Shown: positions 26,601 to 40,722, counted from the stretch's first letter. The stretch: 43,313 bases of DNA from Octopus sinensis (GCF_006345805.1 NW_021834952.1:1-43313), one strand, 5' to 3'. Program-made: numbers and translations. The notes: a model not told the origin generated them from the letters alone.

Positions 26601-27241
26601 ATTTTTTTTTTTAAATCAGTGGATAAATGCCAGAAATGACTTCGGTCTCTCCAATATTTTAAATTATAAACAGAAACAATCAGGACTGAAAGAAAATTAT
26701 AAATCTTCAAATTTTTTTAGTGTTTATGGGGACTAAAATATTGGAAAATATCAATACATGCGTCAACGAGAAAGAAACGACAGCTAAATCTGCTTTAAAT
26801 CACACTTTTTCCTCTGAAAATACTTACAATTTTCTAATTCTTTCACCGAAAAGTATTTAAGAGCGAAAAATTTGGTCCGGAAGGCGGGAGTTTCAAAATA
26901 TAACTTATGTGGTATTTCTGATCCGAAACTGTTTTCCCTACCCACTGGAAAAAGACTCCCTAAAAATTCTAAATTGCAATCTATGCTATTTGAAAGATAT
27001 CTGTATAAACTTTCATGAAAAGTTACCCATCTTTCCTGAAAGTTATGAGGGATCGTGTGAATTTCCCGAAAGCCATCTCCCTCGTTCGCTCGCCCAAATT
27101 GTTTTAGATCTTTTTACACCTATTAGCCTTTTTTTTTTACTTACATTGATGACCAATATTTTTCGGCAAATTTCGATACATTTATATCTTTAATATAAGA
27201 AATACTAAATCTCTCGTAGAGACATGTACGGTGGTGGGGCG

Positions 27242-27399
27242 ATAGAATGGTTGTATACTGTCAATCTAACACGAACGTGACAGTAGGGGTGTACACCACC
27301 GCTGTGTAGCCCTAGGAAATGCTTCCTAGGGCTATACAGCGGTGGTGTACCCCCTTACAGTCACGTTCGTGTTAGACTGATAGTATACAACCATTCTAT
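27242..27399. mobile_element. Palindromic hairpin MITE (158 bp, 4-nt loop)
   Basis: Two ~77-nt arms with about six mismatches; TA on both sides of GAATGG...CCATTC. Confidence 0.75.
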
Positions 27400-28025
27400 A
27401 TTTTTAATAAAATTCTGAAATTCCAACTTTTTCACCCCCATCCCTTATTTATAATGTTAAAATATCAGGTCATTGCTGGGAGTCATCCTATAGTGACTTA
27501 TAAAGGGTTGTGTAAAATATTTCTTTTAATAGAATTTTCCCAAATGTTTCAATCATCTTTTCTTACTTAAATCCCAGCAATGGACAACGCGTGAGTCACT
27601 CCGGCTGTAAAACATCAACATGTGAGTGACAAAGAAACGAAGTGTGGGCTAGAAACAACAGCCAAACCTCCCTTATATCAAACCTTTGTAAGCGACTCCA
27701 CCTAGTTTAAATTAAGCCCCGACACACGCAATTCGGATAGACTGGTTCCACATCACAGCACCGCCTGCCCGCTCTTTCTGTATTGACACCGTATCCGCTT
27801 ATTGTATCGCCACTGCCCTTAACATCCAAGAAATTATTGTCAGAAAGAAGTTACTTAAAGGATAAAAATTGCTGTCCACGATACGATCTCTTGGGTAATC
27901 TGTATTAAAAAAAAAACGGATTGGTGTTGTTTTACCGTTTCCTATGTTAGAAACGGGCAAGATAAACCACCCACATTAAAGATCGCAAAGAAAACCGGCA
28001 AGAAGACTATGTGTAGAAAATGAGG

Positions 28026-28041
28026 GGCCCTGAAAAGGGCC
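28026..28041 (-). terminator. Histone 3' stem-loop (H2A)
   Basis: Reverse complement GGCCCTTTTCAGGGCC. Confidence 0.95.
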
Positions 28042-28075
28042 GTTATACGAAGGCAAACGCCATCAGCGAAGGCGC

Positions 28076-28453
28076 TTACTTGGAAGCCTTCTGGGTCTTC
28101 TTGGGGAGAAGAACAGCCTGGATGTTGGGAAGAACACCACCTTGGGCGATGGTCACTCCAGACAAAAGTTTGTTCAACTCCTCGTCGTTACGGATGGCCA
28201 ACTGCAAATGACGGGGAATAATTCTCGATTTCTTGTTGTCTCTGGCAGCATTTCCTGCCAATTCCAACACTTCGGCAGCCAAATATTCCATAACAGCAGC
28301 CAAGTAGACTGGAGCTCCGGCACCAACACGTTGGGCATAGTTTCCCTTACGGAGAAGACGGTGGATACGACCGACAGGGAACTGAAGTCCAGCACGGGAT
28401 GAACGGGTCTTGCTCTTTCCCTTCACTTTTCCTCCTTTACCACGTCCAGACAT
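28076..28453 (-). CDS. H2A: Histone H2A (second copy, same protein)
   Basis: Translation identical to 17842-18219; stem-loop at 28026-28041. Confidence 0.99.
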   Translation of the reverse strand: MSGRGKGGKVKGKSKTRSSRAGLQFPVGRIHRLLRKGNYAQRVGAGAPVYLAAVMEYLAAEVLELAGNAARDNKKSRIIPRHLQLAIRNDEELNKLLSGVTIAQGGVLPNIQAVLLPKKTQKASK

Positions 28454-28709
28454 TTTCAAAGTTCGATACTAGTTTGTAACAAAACAGGGAAGTGAATTTT
28501 TTTTTCAGCCTTTCGCCTTTAAATACTGCTTAATCGGCTCCAGCAGTCGAGAAGCAGGTGAAAAATAAGCGGGCTTTTGTCACGTGACATAGTTGTCAAA
28601 TTCAACCAATGAAAATGAACGGCGCCGATTTGCAAAAACTGTTCATCTGCTGAGCCTACTTGACAGCTATAAATAGGGTAGCTGCGAAGTTACCAGCACT
28701 AGTGACATC
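28454..28709. promoter_or_regulatory. Bidirectional H2A/H2B promoter (inverted second copy)
   Basis: Reverse complement of 17589-17841 with few differences; TGTCACGTGACA at 28578-28589. Confidence 0.85.
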
Positions 28710-29087
28710 ATGCCACCAGCACCAGCTACCGCTTCGAAAGGAGCCAAGAAGGCTTCCAAGGCCAAATCTTCGCGTCCCGCAGGAGACAAGAAGCGCAAGA
28801 AGAAGAGGAAGGAAAGTTATTCCATCTACATCTACAAAGTAATGAAACAAGTCCACCCCGACACTGGTATTTCCAGCAAAGCTATGTCCATCATGAACAG
28901 TTTCGTCAACGATTTGTTCGAAAGAATAGCTTCTGAATCCAGCCGTTTGGCCCACTACAACAAACGTTCAACCATCAGTAGCCGTGAGGTGCAGACTGCT
29001 GTCCGTCTGCTTCTCCCTGGGGAGTTGGCTAAGCACGCCGTCTCTGAAGGTACCAAGGCTGTTACCAAATACACCAGCAGCAAGTAA
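28710..29087 (+). CDS. H2B: Histone H2B (second copy; KAKSSRP vs KAKTSRP)
   Basis: One T/S difference from the left copy; stem-loop at 29109-29124. Confidence 0.99.
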   Translation: MPPAPATASKGAKKASKAKSSRPAGDKKRKKKRKESYSIYIYKVMKQVHPDTGISSKAMSIMNSFVNDLFERIASESSRLAHYNKRSTISSREVQTAVRLLLPGELAKHAVSEGTKAVTKYTSSK

Positions 29088-29108
29088 ATCTTGGTCTCTC
29101 GAGAAAAC

Positions 29109-29124
29109 GGTCCTTTTAAGGGCC
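29109..29124 (+). terminator. Histone 3' stem-loop (H2B variant)
   Basis: GGTCCTTTTAAGGGCC. Confidence 0.9.
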
Positions 29125-29829
29125 ACCTATATTTTCGTGATTGTAAACTATCGATTGTCTATTGATCTGCGATTTTAGTCCGTTACTCACCGCATAGATG
29201 TTGCGCGAAGACGATTCCACTTTTTTTCCTTTCTAGTCTGCACCGTGCATCTTGCCTTCTACACTAGCAACCGGCGAGCGAACTTGTCACCACCGTTACC
29301 GTATTTTCCCGTGTAGCAGCCACTATTTTATTTTAATCTAATAAAGAGTTATTGTCGAAATATTTGTAGTAAAATACAATGACAATACGGTACTGTTTGA
29401 GAAGGGCGGTCCCTACGCTTGTACGCGTATGCAAATTAATAGATGGGTTTCTTTACACAAAGTAAATGGTTTTACAAAGTAATTATTTTTGAAAAGCAAT
29501 GTATAACACCTGTTTTTAGCACCCCCCCGACTGAATTTGTATGAACATTTGTTATAGGATCGACAATTTTTGGAATGGGTTTATCTTGCAATTTGCTCCT
29601 AATCTATTTACGTTGTTTGGAAAGAACAATTTAGTTAACTTGATTTACTAATAAATCAAGTCCTTTTCAGGGGCTAATGCCGTCACACCTTGAAAATGCA
29701 TTTTTTAAGAAAATTATGTCAGATGAAAGTGCACCCGTTAACGGGAGCAAAAAGAGGCAGCCTACTGGGTGCGCAAACGAACCTAGGGAGTGGGTACCCT
29801 CGCAAAATTCACAAGATCCGATTATTCCC

Positions 29830-30233
29830 TTGCAAATTTCGTCTCTAGTAGACCTTTCCGTAAATTTTTTTTTTTTTTTTACATATGGGCTTGCGGGAAC
29901 TTTCGAAGCAATATACATACATATACACATACACCGAGTAAAAGATTTCAGTTATCTCTTTCTTTCACACATTACTCTGTCTCTTCACACACTAACAGAA
30001 GCACTTCACTTACACAACATACTGTCTCCCACACCCCATCAAACACACACACACATGTACATCAATGCTTCATATGCACGGTAACTTCAAAAGAACTTCA
30101 CTCGTCATAAAATCGCTTTCTCTTAGTCTCTTTCGCTCTCATTGCTTCAAAAGTTCCCGCGAGCCCATATGTAAAAAAGAAAATTTTTTACGGAAATCGA
30201 CAGAAAGGTCTACTAGAGACAAAAGATTGCCAA
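29830..30233 (-). mobile_element. Second, inverted copy of the 20921-21348 MITE
   Basis: Interior is the reverse complement of 21005-21255. Confidence 0.8.
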
Positions 30234-30736
30234 CAGCTATTTCCGTTTGACGTAATTTTTCAACGCATAACGAAAGAATACCGAGGTGGTCGTGGGATGT
30301 GCTTGTAATAGCTAAGGTCTCCCTAAACACCCTATCGTCTGAAAATGTAATTTTGTAAACAAATGGTTTTAAGTGCGCAGTGCCAATAAAGTCTAGTGGA
30401 AGGGTGAAAATTAATTTTTCAAAATATTTGTTCATGAACATGCTATCATTTGAACTCCGTGAGAATCAATTTGTGGGCGTATTTTATATTTGTTTTTTTT
30501 CCTTGTAAATAACTGCTACTGTTTGCCATTGGTGAGGTTGAAAGGTCAATAATGTAAACATGAGTGCCTTATCCATGTACATTTAGGACGATCCCACATA
30601 TTAAAATAGCCTTCAGCTGCACTTATGCAGAACTCTTTGGGAGTAATATTGATTTTCGCAAAAACATACAACCCGATATCCAAATCATTAAACCATCGGG
30701 TTTCGGGCGACCACGCATAGTGTTAAACCAGGTCAA

Positions 30737-32825
30737 AAAAACAACTTCCTCTGAACGAATATGAAAAAAAAAAAAAAAGCGCGCACGCGGTGGGGGAGAG
30801 GCCTCGGAAAATTCACATCGGGAAGTTCCGAAAGCGTCTGAGGGGCTGACCCGGGCACCAAAACAAAAAAAAATAGTGTAATATGTGTAAAACAACTTGC
30901 TCTAAACGAATATGATGATAAAAAATGCGCGCTCGCGAAAGAGGGGTGGGGGAGAGGCCTCGGAAATTTCACATCTTCAGTCCACGGCCTTTAAACTAAG
31001 AAAAAAATAGTGTAATTGGTGTAAAACTACTTGTTCTAAACGATTATCAAGAACACACATGAATCATAAACTCTATTTTTGTACGTATTTCGCAACAAAA
31101 AAGAGAAATTCTGGAAAAAGTGAAGAAATTTTAAAGCTAAAGAAAACATTCCTAATGAGATAACTTAATTTCACTTGTTAGTACCATGTTTTTCTACAAG
31201 ATCTTTTCAAGAAATACAGTTACATAAACACACTTAGGTCATATTTCTTTATTACCCACAAGGGGCTAACGAAGAGGGGGACAATACATCATGATTTGGG
31301 GTCATGAGACACAGATGAAATTTACATATAAATGATCTTTAAAAATTATTACATGAGATTGAAAACAAAAATCGAAGAAATCGAATGATACACAAATTTT
31401 TACAGCACAACATAAAAACGACACATGAAGTGGGAACACCGGGATTGCCGACCCCACGAGCCCTGTTTTTCCCACCGAAACTCGGCAGCCAACTTACGGC
31501 GAAACATTCTTTGATTGGTTTATTTATAATCCTTCCGAGTGAATATGCAAATATCGCAGTTAATCTTTCTCTTGCTGTCAACTAATAGATGACCTGCTGG
31601 TAATTGAAATGAAAATATTCTGAAATTAGAGCAAGACATATGCAAATTGTTAGGCTTTTTGGAAAATTATGATTAATATAGGCGCAGGAGTGGCTGTGTG
31701 GTAAGTAGCTTGCCTACCAACCACATGGTTCAGTCCCACTGCGTGGCACCTTGGGCAAGTGTCTTCTGCTATAGCCCCGACCCGACCAAAGCCTTGAGTG
31801 GACTTGGTAGACGGAAACTGAAAGAAGCCCGTCGTATATATGTATATATATATATATATGTGCGTGTACGTAAGTCCCGGGGTCGAGTTGCTCGACTAAA
31901 GGCGGTGCTCTAGCATGGCCGCAGTCAACTGACTGAAACAAGTAAAATGTTACTTTGTTATTCTAGACTCAGGGAGGAACGACCAAATTTATCTCACTAC
32001 CTATTTTTCCACTGAACAAATTTTAAAACACCTGACATTTGTTTGATAGATAGATACCCGAGAATTTTAAAAGGGTACATTACAAACGTACATTTATATT
32101 ATTCTTTAAAAAAATTGATCTGCTTACTTTTTATTTTATTATTTTTACTGGAACTTAAATACAATCATATAGTATAGTATAACCTATTGTAGCCGACTAA
32201 ATAAACAACTGACTGCAATCTTGCTACGCTAGTAAATCTGTACCCAACGGATGCTTATCTGAAATGGAGAAAATACTTATAAACTTTATCAGGCCAAATA
32301 AAATTCGGTAAAAACGACTAAGCGAAGAGAAAGACGAATCCATATATGCATTGTCAATTGATTTATATATAGTTAGATTCTGACACGCATTTTGATTCAC
32401 ATGGCGGAGATCCAACACTTCACTTTTTCCAGAATTTCTTTAATTTTTTTTTTTTTTTTTTGCGAAATACGTACAAAAATACGGAGTTTGATTCATGTGT
32501 GAGTGTGTTCTTGATACTCGTTTAGAACAAGTAGTTTTACACCCAATTACACTATTTTTTTCTTAGTTTAAAGGCCGTGGACTGGAGATGTGAAATTTCC
32601 GAAGCCTCTCCCCCACCACCCCTTCACGAGCGCGCAATTTTTTTCATCATATTCGTTTAGAGCAAGTTGTTTTACACCTATTACACTGTTTTTGTTTTTG
32701 TGCCCGGGTCAGACGCTTTCAGAAATTCCCGATGCAAATCTTCCGAAGCCTCACCCCAACTCCCCTTTCGCGTGTGCGCATTTTTTTTCATATTCGTTTA
32801 GAAGTTGTTTTACGCCTATTACACA
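30737..32825. mobile_element. Foldback-like element, copy 3 (arms 30737-31129 and 32378-32825, different interior)
   Basis: Same subunits in inverted orientation; both arms share a private TTTTTGTACGTATTTCGC variant; interior is unrelated to the copy 1 loop except next to the right arm and contains a SINE. Confidence 0.75.
31680..31946 (+). mobile_element. SINE family A with internal deletion
   Basis: Head and tail present, middle missing. Confidence 0.8.
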
Positions 32826-33096
32826 AATTGGCAATCTTTCTTTGACCGAGTTTAACCGAAAGATCGTGGGTCCGCTCGTAAACAAAAGGAAAACAAGAAC
32901 GGGTTTAACCCTGAGGTTGAAATGGAAAATCGAAGAAAAAAATGCAAAAGGCAAAACTTTGGAAAAGCTGCAAACTGATATCTGTGAAACAAACGAAAAA
33001 GATTGAGAAACTCAAGGAAGAAACCGAAGCAGATATTCAAACTAAATCTACTTAAGCATATCGAAAAGGTGAGGTGGCTTACATTAAGATATGAGT

Positions 33097-33112
33097 GGCC
33101 CTGAAAAGGGCC
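33097..33112 (-). terminator. Histone 3' stem-loop (H4)
   Basis: Reverse complement GGCCCTTTTCAGGGCC. Confidence 0.95.
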
Positions 33113-33152
33113 GGGTTTTGTCGCTATTCACGACCACAAAAACTTCACCAGT

Positions 33153-34172
<1,020 letters not shown>

Positions 34173-34205
34173 GTTGAAAATAATGAAGCTACTGCTTTAT
34201 CCAAC

Positions 34206-34221
34206 GGCCCTTTTCAGGGCC
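34206..34221 (+). terminator. Histone 3' stem-loop (H3)
   Basis: GGCCCTTTTCAGGGCC. Confidence 0.95.
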
Positions 34222-35555
34222 TCTAAATTTTTTCGTAAAGTTCTACTAACCCTTAAGATAGTGGTATGTTTTCGTGTTCTAGTATCGTGAGTTGTTTCGA
34301 AATGACATGTTTTTGTTCTGGAGTTGTGGGTTTGGTATTTTTTTGTGGCTACTGTTCGTCCCTCGTGGATTTGCTTCTGTTGTGACTAGCGTTTTAAGCT
34401 TTGAATTTATTCATTCCAATTCATTTGGCACTGCGTACTTGAACTGTAAGAGGCCTTTTCGGTTGGTAGCAAATGTACTTAGTACCAAGAGCACGCTGCT
34501 GGATTAGAACTATCAAATGCAGGCCGATAGTGTAGGAGAGGAGCGGTATGTGGTTTATAAGCGAGGAAGATCTGATATTGAAGTAAACCTTGATCCATAT
34601 TCTAACGGAAAGGCCACTGGACTGGGAAACTTGTATCTACATCATATTAACGTTAAGGACCAAGTTGAGTATTCCATTCAGAAGTGCGATGAGAAAAAGT
34701 ATTTTTAGTGTTGACATCACACTTCTGTGAATGAGAGACCATCTTAGAAACAATGTGTATTTTTTCTTGTGAATTAATCTCTTCGAAAGAAATAAAATTT
34801 GTACAGTTTTAGATTACGAAACGACATAATTTATAGTTGGTGATTTGTTCTCTAAATTGGCGGGATGTTCTGTATGTGGTCTTCTCGCTGTGCTGGTATC
34901 AACCAAATCAACAGCGAACCACATTATACCTACATGTAAGCGAAAGGACACAATACAATAAAATATATCCATGAAAAGACTGGAAGAAGCAATGTTTGGC
35001 CATGAGTTTGCTCGATCCGGTTTGACTAGGAGTAGGGGAGGATTCACAACCAGCTGGAGGAAGGACATTATTACTGCAGTTTTTGTATTAATCTGCAATA
35101 AAGCTTTATGCTATCTATAAATTGTGTAGATCCATCAATATTTTAGAACAGGACAAGACCTCAAATTCATAGAATTGTCAAAGCAGACACAAATATTTTT
35201 GATTTTCCAGAATAAATTGTCAACCGTTTTTACTTCTGAGTTATCTCCCTTATACTGTTATCGCGACAATAAAATCTAAGTTCGTTGACGATTCATAGCC
35301 GGGTGGTTACGTTTGCTTTTTGGGAGTTTTGTATAATATATAAATATTATTTAAATATGAAAATTATAAGTAGCTTAATGGTATATATATTTCTTTTGAG
35401 TATAGAATAGGTTAATTTTATTGTTTTGTGTTAATAAGGATATATTCGTTATGTTTATATGTTAGTTATATTTAACTGATGATGGATAATAATTATTTGA
35501 TGTATTGCATAATACTTATAATTTTTATGTAAGTATATTATGCTTATTGCTTTAT

Positions 35556-35873
35556 GGCTCAGAGGTTAGAGCGTCGAGCTTACGATCGTGAGGTTGTGAG
35601 CTCGAATCCCGGACCGGGCTGCGTGTTGTGTTCTTGAGAAAAGCACTTTATTTCACGTTGCTCCAGTTCACTCAGCTGTAGAAATGAGTTGCGACGTCAA
35701 AGGTGCCAAGCTGTATCGGCCCTTGGATAACACTGGTGGCGTGGAGAGGGGAGGCCGGTATGCATGGGCGACTGCTGGTCTTCAATAAACAACCTTGCCC
35801 GGACTTGTGTCTAGGAGGGTAACTTTCTAGGTGCAATCCCATGGTCATTCGTGACCGAAGGGGGTTATACCCT
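35556..35873 (+). mobile_element. tRNA-derived SINE family C with 12-bp TSD
   Basis: GGCTCAGAGGTTAG (A box), GCTCGAATCCC (B box); TSD TTATTGCTTTAT at 35544-35555 and 35874-35885; 3' halves also at 1298-1406 (-) and 43235-43313 (+). Confidence 0.85.
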
Positions 35874-36221
35874 TTATTGCTTTATTTATGTTTTAAATTG
35901 ACTGCAATCACCACGTTCCGGATTTGGTCCCATTGCGTGACATCACTGGTAAATGCCTCACGTCAACTAGCGGAGTAAGCTTTTCACTACACGGCCATGT
36001 ATGACCTTACACCCAGAAAATATATTTATGACTTTAAATAGGATAACCTATGTGGTTGGGTTTGCGCAAATCATGCCAAGGCACACAGGGTAAGGGATTA
36101 AAAACAAATACGTGGTTCACTATAAGATTACAAGTACTCAGATGAATTGATTAAGATTAGCTCCATTATTAAGAAACATTTGTCATGAATAGATTACTTA
36201 TGTTAGAGGAAAATATCGCTT

Positions 36222-36253
<32 letters not shown>

Positions 36254-36879
36254 ACCCTAACCCTAAACCAGATTGAAATGCAATAGATCGATACTAGGGT
36301 CATAATTATGGGTGGACACTAAAGAGGGGATGGTTTTGTTATCCAGCTCTGTTTACGAGTGACCCCTCAGTTTATGGCCACGGGGTATCTATTTTCTCAT
36401 AAATAACGGACAATTTCATATAACACGGGAAATAATTGACACTACGGCAGAAATTGAATTCACCTCAATAGACGTCATTGATTGGTTGAAATTGAAGAAA
36501 AAAACATATCCTACAAACCATAGAATTTTCTCAATAAAGCAAGAGAAAAAGATGTTTTCTTTTGACACATTCTACCAGTATACGAAGTTTAAAAGTGTTT
36601 AGGTACGTGGAAATTATTTTTAAAAAACTGCCGGTCAAACCGAAAGGATCGTAATAGTGTTATCACACATGGTTTTATTTTTTCCTGTGAAAATACATTT
36701 ATTGTTACGATGGAAGATATTTTTCATTAAATCATTAACTGATTTATTATTTAACTCAGACAGATTATGGGGTACCACATTGTAGTTTGCCTGGAGGCAA
36801 AAATATTTGTGACATCTTTTCAAAAGGAATGAGAGGAAAAAGAACTGAAGCAAGAGTGAGCGGCTGGAAAGCGGTAATA

Positions 36880-37086
36880 CGACATACGCATGCGCACTGA
36901 ACTTCATTCCCTTTAACCGTTCCAAATTTTTCACTGTTTAATGAATTCCTCTTAATCAAGCACCACGCACTTTTATTTGACCATTTCTCGTCCACCACAA
37001 ACACTGTTATAATACATTTCCCAACAATTCTACACACTTAGAATAAAGTTCACAACTACCACACACAGAGTTATAACAACATTTCT
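36880..37086 (+). promoter_or_regulatory. Putative promoter and non-coding exon 1 of the right ZNF gene
   Basis: CGCATGCGCA at 36887-36896, donor GTAAGT at 37087, acceptor TTTTTCATTATTTCAG ending at 38096 (predicted intron 37087-38096). Confidence 0.55.
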
Positions 37087-38471
37087 GTAAGTATAATTAA
37101 ACAATGAAAATATTTCGTCTTTTAGTTTTGTAGTCATTTGTTTTTGACGAATTGATTCTTTGTGTCTGTCCTACATTTTATACATGAAATTTGCATACTT
37201 TCTGCGTGATTTGGCTGCTATTTCTTGCTATGAAACCTATTTTGTTGCCTGTCCATCGTTGCAACGTTAGTTTGTTGTATGGTTTAGTTTGAGAAATATT
37301 TTGTATTACACTAGACTCAGTCTGTTATAATTTGGTTTCAAATTTTATGACAATGCCAGCAATTTAGCTGGTGAATAAGTCGATTACATCGATTCCTGTG
37401 CTTGGCGATCTTTCGTTTTAACTCGAAATAATGTAAACACTGAATCGGTATTTCCGTGACCACATGTTGTCTTTTCAATTGTCAATTGGGAAGACAAAGC
37501 CAATGGGTTGTGCGTGCGTGCTTGTTGCTCTGTGTGTTATTTCTACAAATGCTGGTGCCATGACAAAAGCACCGCGTGCTGGTGCCGCATAAAGAGCACT
37601 TGTAATGGTGCCACATAAAGGGCACTTTTGCTGGCACTTAGTACACTCTATAAGGTGACTGGCATAAGGAAGGGCATCAAACCATAGAAACCATGCCATA
37701 AGAGGCAAATTAAAACAAATCGTTCAACAATTGTCAATGTGTTCTATGGTGGTGATGACGATGTCTTTGGAGAGAATGCTTTGAATCATGTTGTCCAGTC
37801 AAAGCTGACCTGGGGCTGAATAACCATGTCCAATTATTATTTTGGAGAGAGAGAGTGTTATCGTCTACTATTTTATAGTTTAATACATTTTAGCACAATG
37901 TGAAGGTGTAGCTCTTGTTTACAAATGTATATGCTTCTGTTATGTAAATTTTAGTAAATTAAAATGTTCAGTCGTGAAAGTAAATATTTCTTTCTGCAAT
38001 TAATCTCTATAGAAATGGTATAAGTTTTCCGCTATTAAATCTCTGCTTTTCAAGTAGCCTCCATATTTTAAACTGATTTTTTTTTCATTATTTCAGAATA
38101 ACAGATGACATTGGCATAACAGAAAATGCACCTTCAAACCATTCTATCTTTTAAATGCTATATGGAAGAGACAGCTAGCATTATTTCTATAAATTCATTG
38201 TAAAATTCCAATGACATTTTGCTCTGAACTGAGATTATTAGCAAAATTTCTGTGTCATAATCTGGAGTGTATACAAAGTGAGTTTGTGTGCTAATAAAAC
38301 TTGGATAAATTTTCAGAAGTTTTTAGATAAAAGGAAAATTGGACAGAAATACAGCAGCTGAAAAAATAGCAACGATTAAAGAATAGGAACAAAAAATATA
38401 TAGAAATATAGACATATTATTATTTCAGAAATAAATATTGCAAAAACTAGATGAATTTTTCTGTTGGAGAC

Positions 38472-40256
38472 ATGCCTAAAGACAGAGGAAAGCCATCATG
38501 TGAATTTAATATCTGTGAAAAGTCATTCTCTGAAAATGGTAACCTAACAAAACGTAAGTGCAATAATACAAGGAAGAAGCAATTTTGCTGCAATATCTGT
38601 GGGAAATCATTCTCTTTACGTAGTAGTTTAACATTTCACCAACGAGTTCATACGGAAGAGAAGCCATATGGATGTGATATCTGTGGCAAATCCTTCTCTC
38701 AGAATGATAACGTAACTAGACACAAACGTACCCATACAGGAGAGAAGCCATATCACTGTGGTATTTGTGGTAAATCATTCTCTCGAAGTGATGCTTTCAT
38801 ATCTCACAAGCGTGTTCATACAGGAGAGAAACCATATTGCTGTAATATCTGTGGTAAATCATTCACTCAAGGTTCTGACTTAACTAAACACAAACGAATT
38901 CATACAGGAGAGAAGCCATATCACTGTGATGTCTGTGGTAAATCATTTTCTTTGTCATCAAGCGTAACTAAACACAAACGTATTCATACAGGAGAGAAAC
39001 CATATAAGTGTGGCATTTGTGGTAAATCTTTCACCCGAAATACTTCATTAACTTCTCACAAACGGATTCATACGGGAGAGAAGCCATATAAGTGTGATAT
39101 TTGTAGTAAATCATTTTCTCGACTTGACTACTTCACTGCACACAAGCGTGTACATACAGGAGAAAAGCCATATCAGTGTAATATCTGTGGTGAAACATTC
39201 AGTGTAAGTTGTAGCTTACAATCACACAAACGTATTCATACAGGAGAGAAGCCTTATCACTGTGATATCTGTGGTAAATCATTCCATCACAATAATGCTT
39301 TAAAAGTACATAAATCTATTCATACAGGAGAGAAGCCATATAACTGTGATATCTGTGGTAAATCATTCTCTCAAAAGAATAATTTAAATAAACATAAGCG
39401 TATTCACACAGGAGAGAGGCCATACAGTTGTGATTTCTGTGGTAAATCATTTCCTCAAAATATTCAATTAACATCTCACCAACGTATTCATACAGGAGAG
39501 AAGCCATATCAGTGTAATATCTGTGGTAAATCATTCTCTGTAAGCAGTGCTTTGAATTCTCACAAACGTATTCATACAGGAGAGAAGCCATACCAGTGTG
39601 ATATCTGCAATAAATATTTTTCGCACAGTAACAATTTGACTATTCACAAACGTATTCATACAGGAGAGAAACCATTTCAGTGTGATGTCTGTAAGAAGTC
39701 ATTCTCTGACAGTCGTAGTTTAAGAACACACAAGTATATTCATACAGGAAAGAAGCCATATAAGTGTGATATTTGTGGGAAGTCATTCTCTCAAAGTAGT
39801 AATTTGAAGTCACACAGGCGTAGTCACACAGGGGAGAAGCCATATCAGTGTAATATCTGCAGTAAATCATTCGCTGTAAGTTCTGGCTTAACAATACACA
39901 AGCGTATTCATACAGGAGAGAAACCATATCAGTGTGATATTTGTAAGAAGTCATTCTCTGACAGTAGTAGTTTAATAGTACATAAGCGTAGTCACACTGG
40001 TGAGAAGCCATATCAGTGTGATATCTGTGGTAAATCATTCTCTTTAAGTAGTCACTTAACAATACATAAGCGTGCTCATACAGGAGAGAAACCATATCAG
40101 TGTGATATCTGTGGTAAATCATTCTCTTTAAGTAGTCGCCTAACAAGACATAAACGTACTCATACAGGGGAGAAGCCTTATAAATGTGATATTTGTAGCA
40201 GATCATTTTCTCAACTTAGTAATTTAAGAGTACACAAATGTCCTCATACAGGATAG
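38472..40256 (+). CDS. Tandem C2H2 zinc-finger protein, 594 aa from MPKDRG: leader plus 20 fingers; paralog of 3542-5998
   Basis: Same N-terminus and same last finger as the left gene. The upstream in-frame ATG at 38451 exists only in this copy (left copy reads GAGG instead of GATG), so 38472 is taken as the shared start. Confidence 0.93.
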   Translation: MPKDRGKPSCEFNICEKSFSENGNLTKRKCNNTRKKQFCCNICGKSFSLRSSLTFHQRVHTEEKPYGCDICGKSFSQNDNVTRHKRTHTGEKPYHCGICGKSFSRSDAFISHKRVHTGEKPYCCNICGKSFTQGSDLTKHKRIHTGEKPYHCDVCGKSFSLSSSVTKHKRIHTGEKPYKCGICGKSFTRNTSLTSHKRIHTGEKPYKCDICSKSFSRLDYFTAHKRVHTGEKPYQCNICGETFSVSCSLQSHKRIHTGEKPYHCDICGKSFHHNNALKVHKSIHTGEKPYNCDICGKSFSQKNNLNKHKRIHTGERPYSCDFCGKSFPQNIQLTSHQRIHTGEKPYQCNICGKSFSVSSALNSHKRIHTGEKPYQCDICNKYFSHSNNLTIHKRIHTGEKPFQCDVCKKSFSDSRSLRTHKYIHTGKKPYKCDICGKSFSQSSNLKSHRRSHTGEKPYQCNICSKSFAVSSGLTIHKRIHTGEKPYQCDICKKSFSDSSSLIVHKRSHTGEKPYQCDICGKSFSLSSHLTIHKRAHTGEKPYQCDICGKSFSLSSRLTRHKRTHTGEKPYKCDICSRSFSQLSNLRVHKCPHTG

Positions 40257-40350
40257 AAGCCACATCACTGATATTTGTGGTAAATCATTCTCTCAAGGTC
40301 ATGGCTTATCTAGACACATATGTATCCAGTTGAAAGTGTAACTGTATCAA

Positions 40351-40722
40351 TGTGGAACTTCTTTATTTCATATAATTTGCCAAAAGGGCATCACACAGAT
40401 GGAAGCTTCGCGGGCTGGACACGGACATTGATGGTATGAATGATGATGGGAGAAGAGGAAAAGCGCCCGCTGACTTTTGCTTCTCTAAAACAATGTTCTT
40501 TTTTCCCTTTTCCCCAAAGACACAATGAGGCAATAAACCTCTTACTTAACACAATGTTCAGAATTCTTTTTTCTTTGTTTAAAACACACAAAAAGTCACA
40601 TTTTCTAGACTCGTTCAGGTTATCCGGCCGACCAGTATCCTTGCTTCTTTGAAGCATGCACCCGGTTCCAGGCCGGACCACACAGGTATATATTTATAGG
40701 AGCAATGTGGAATTTCTTAACA
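40351..40722 (-). mobile_element. Solo LTR (372 bp) in the predicted 3' UTR of the right ZNF gene
   Basis: TGT...ACA ends; TATAAATA near the minus-strand start and AATAAA 10 nt from its end; 5-bp flanks ATCAA/ACCAA; absent from the left arm. Confidence 0.7.

Noticed and set aside
34517-34708. 63-aa ORF downstream of right H3
   Set aside because: Its 3' part is homologous to non-coding spacer at 24520-24610 with indels; no family resemblance.
35319-35543. AT-rich insert as a mitochondrial fragment (NUMT)
   Set aside because: A TGA-rich stretch was suggestive, but no frame gave a recognisable mitochondrial protein; needs BLAST against cephalopod mitogenomes.
35556-35630. tRNA gene (also the heads at 7207, 14583, 773)
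   Set aside because: A and B boxes are present but no closing acceptor stem, and each continues into a SINE body.
36253-36268. Interstitial telomeric repeat (CCCTAACCCTAA; also TTAGGG at 8718 and 9134)
   Set aside because: Only two units, embedded in MITE sequence.
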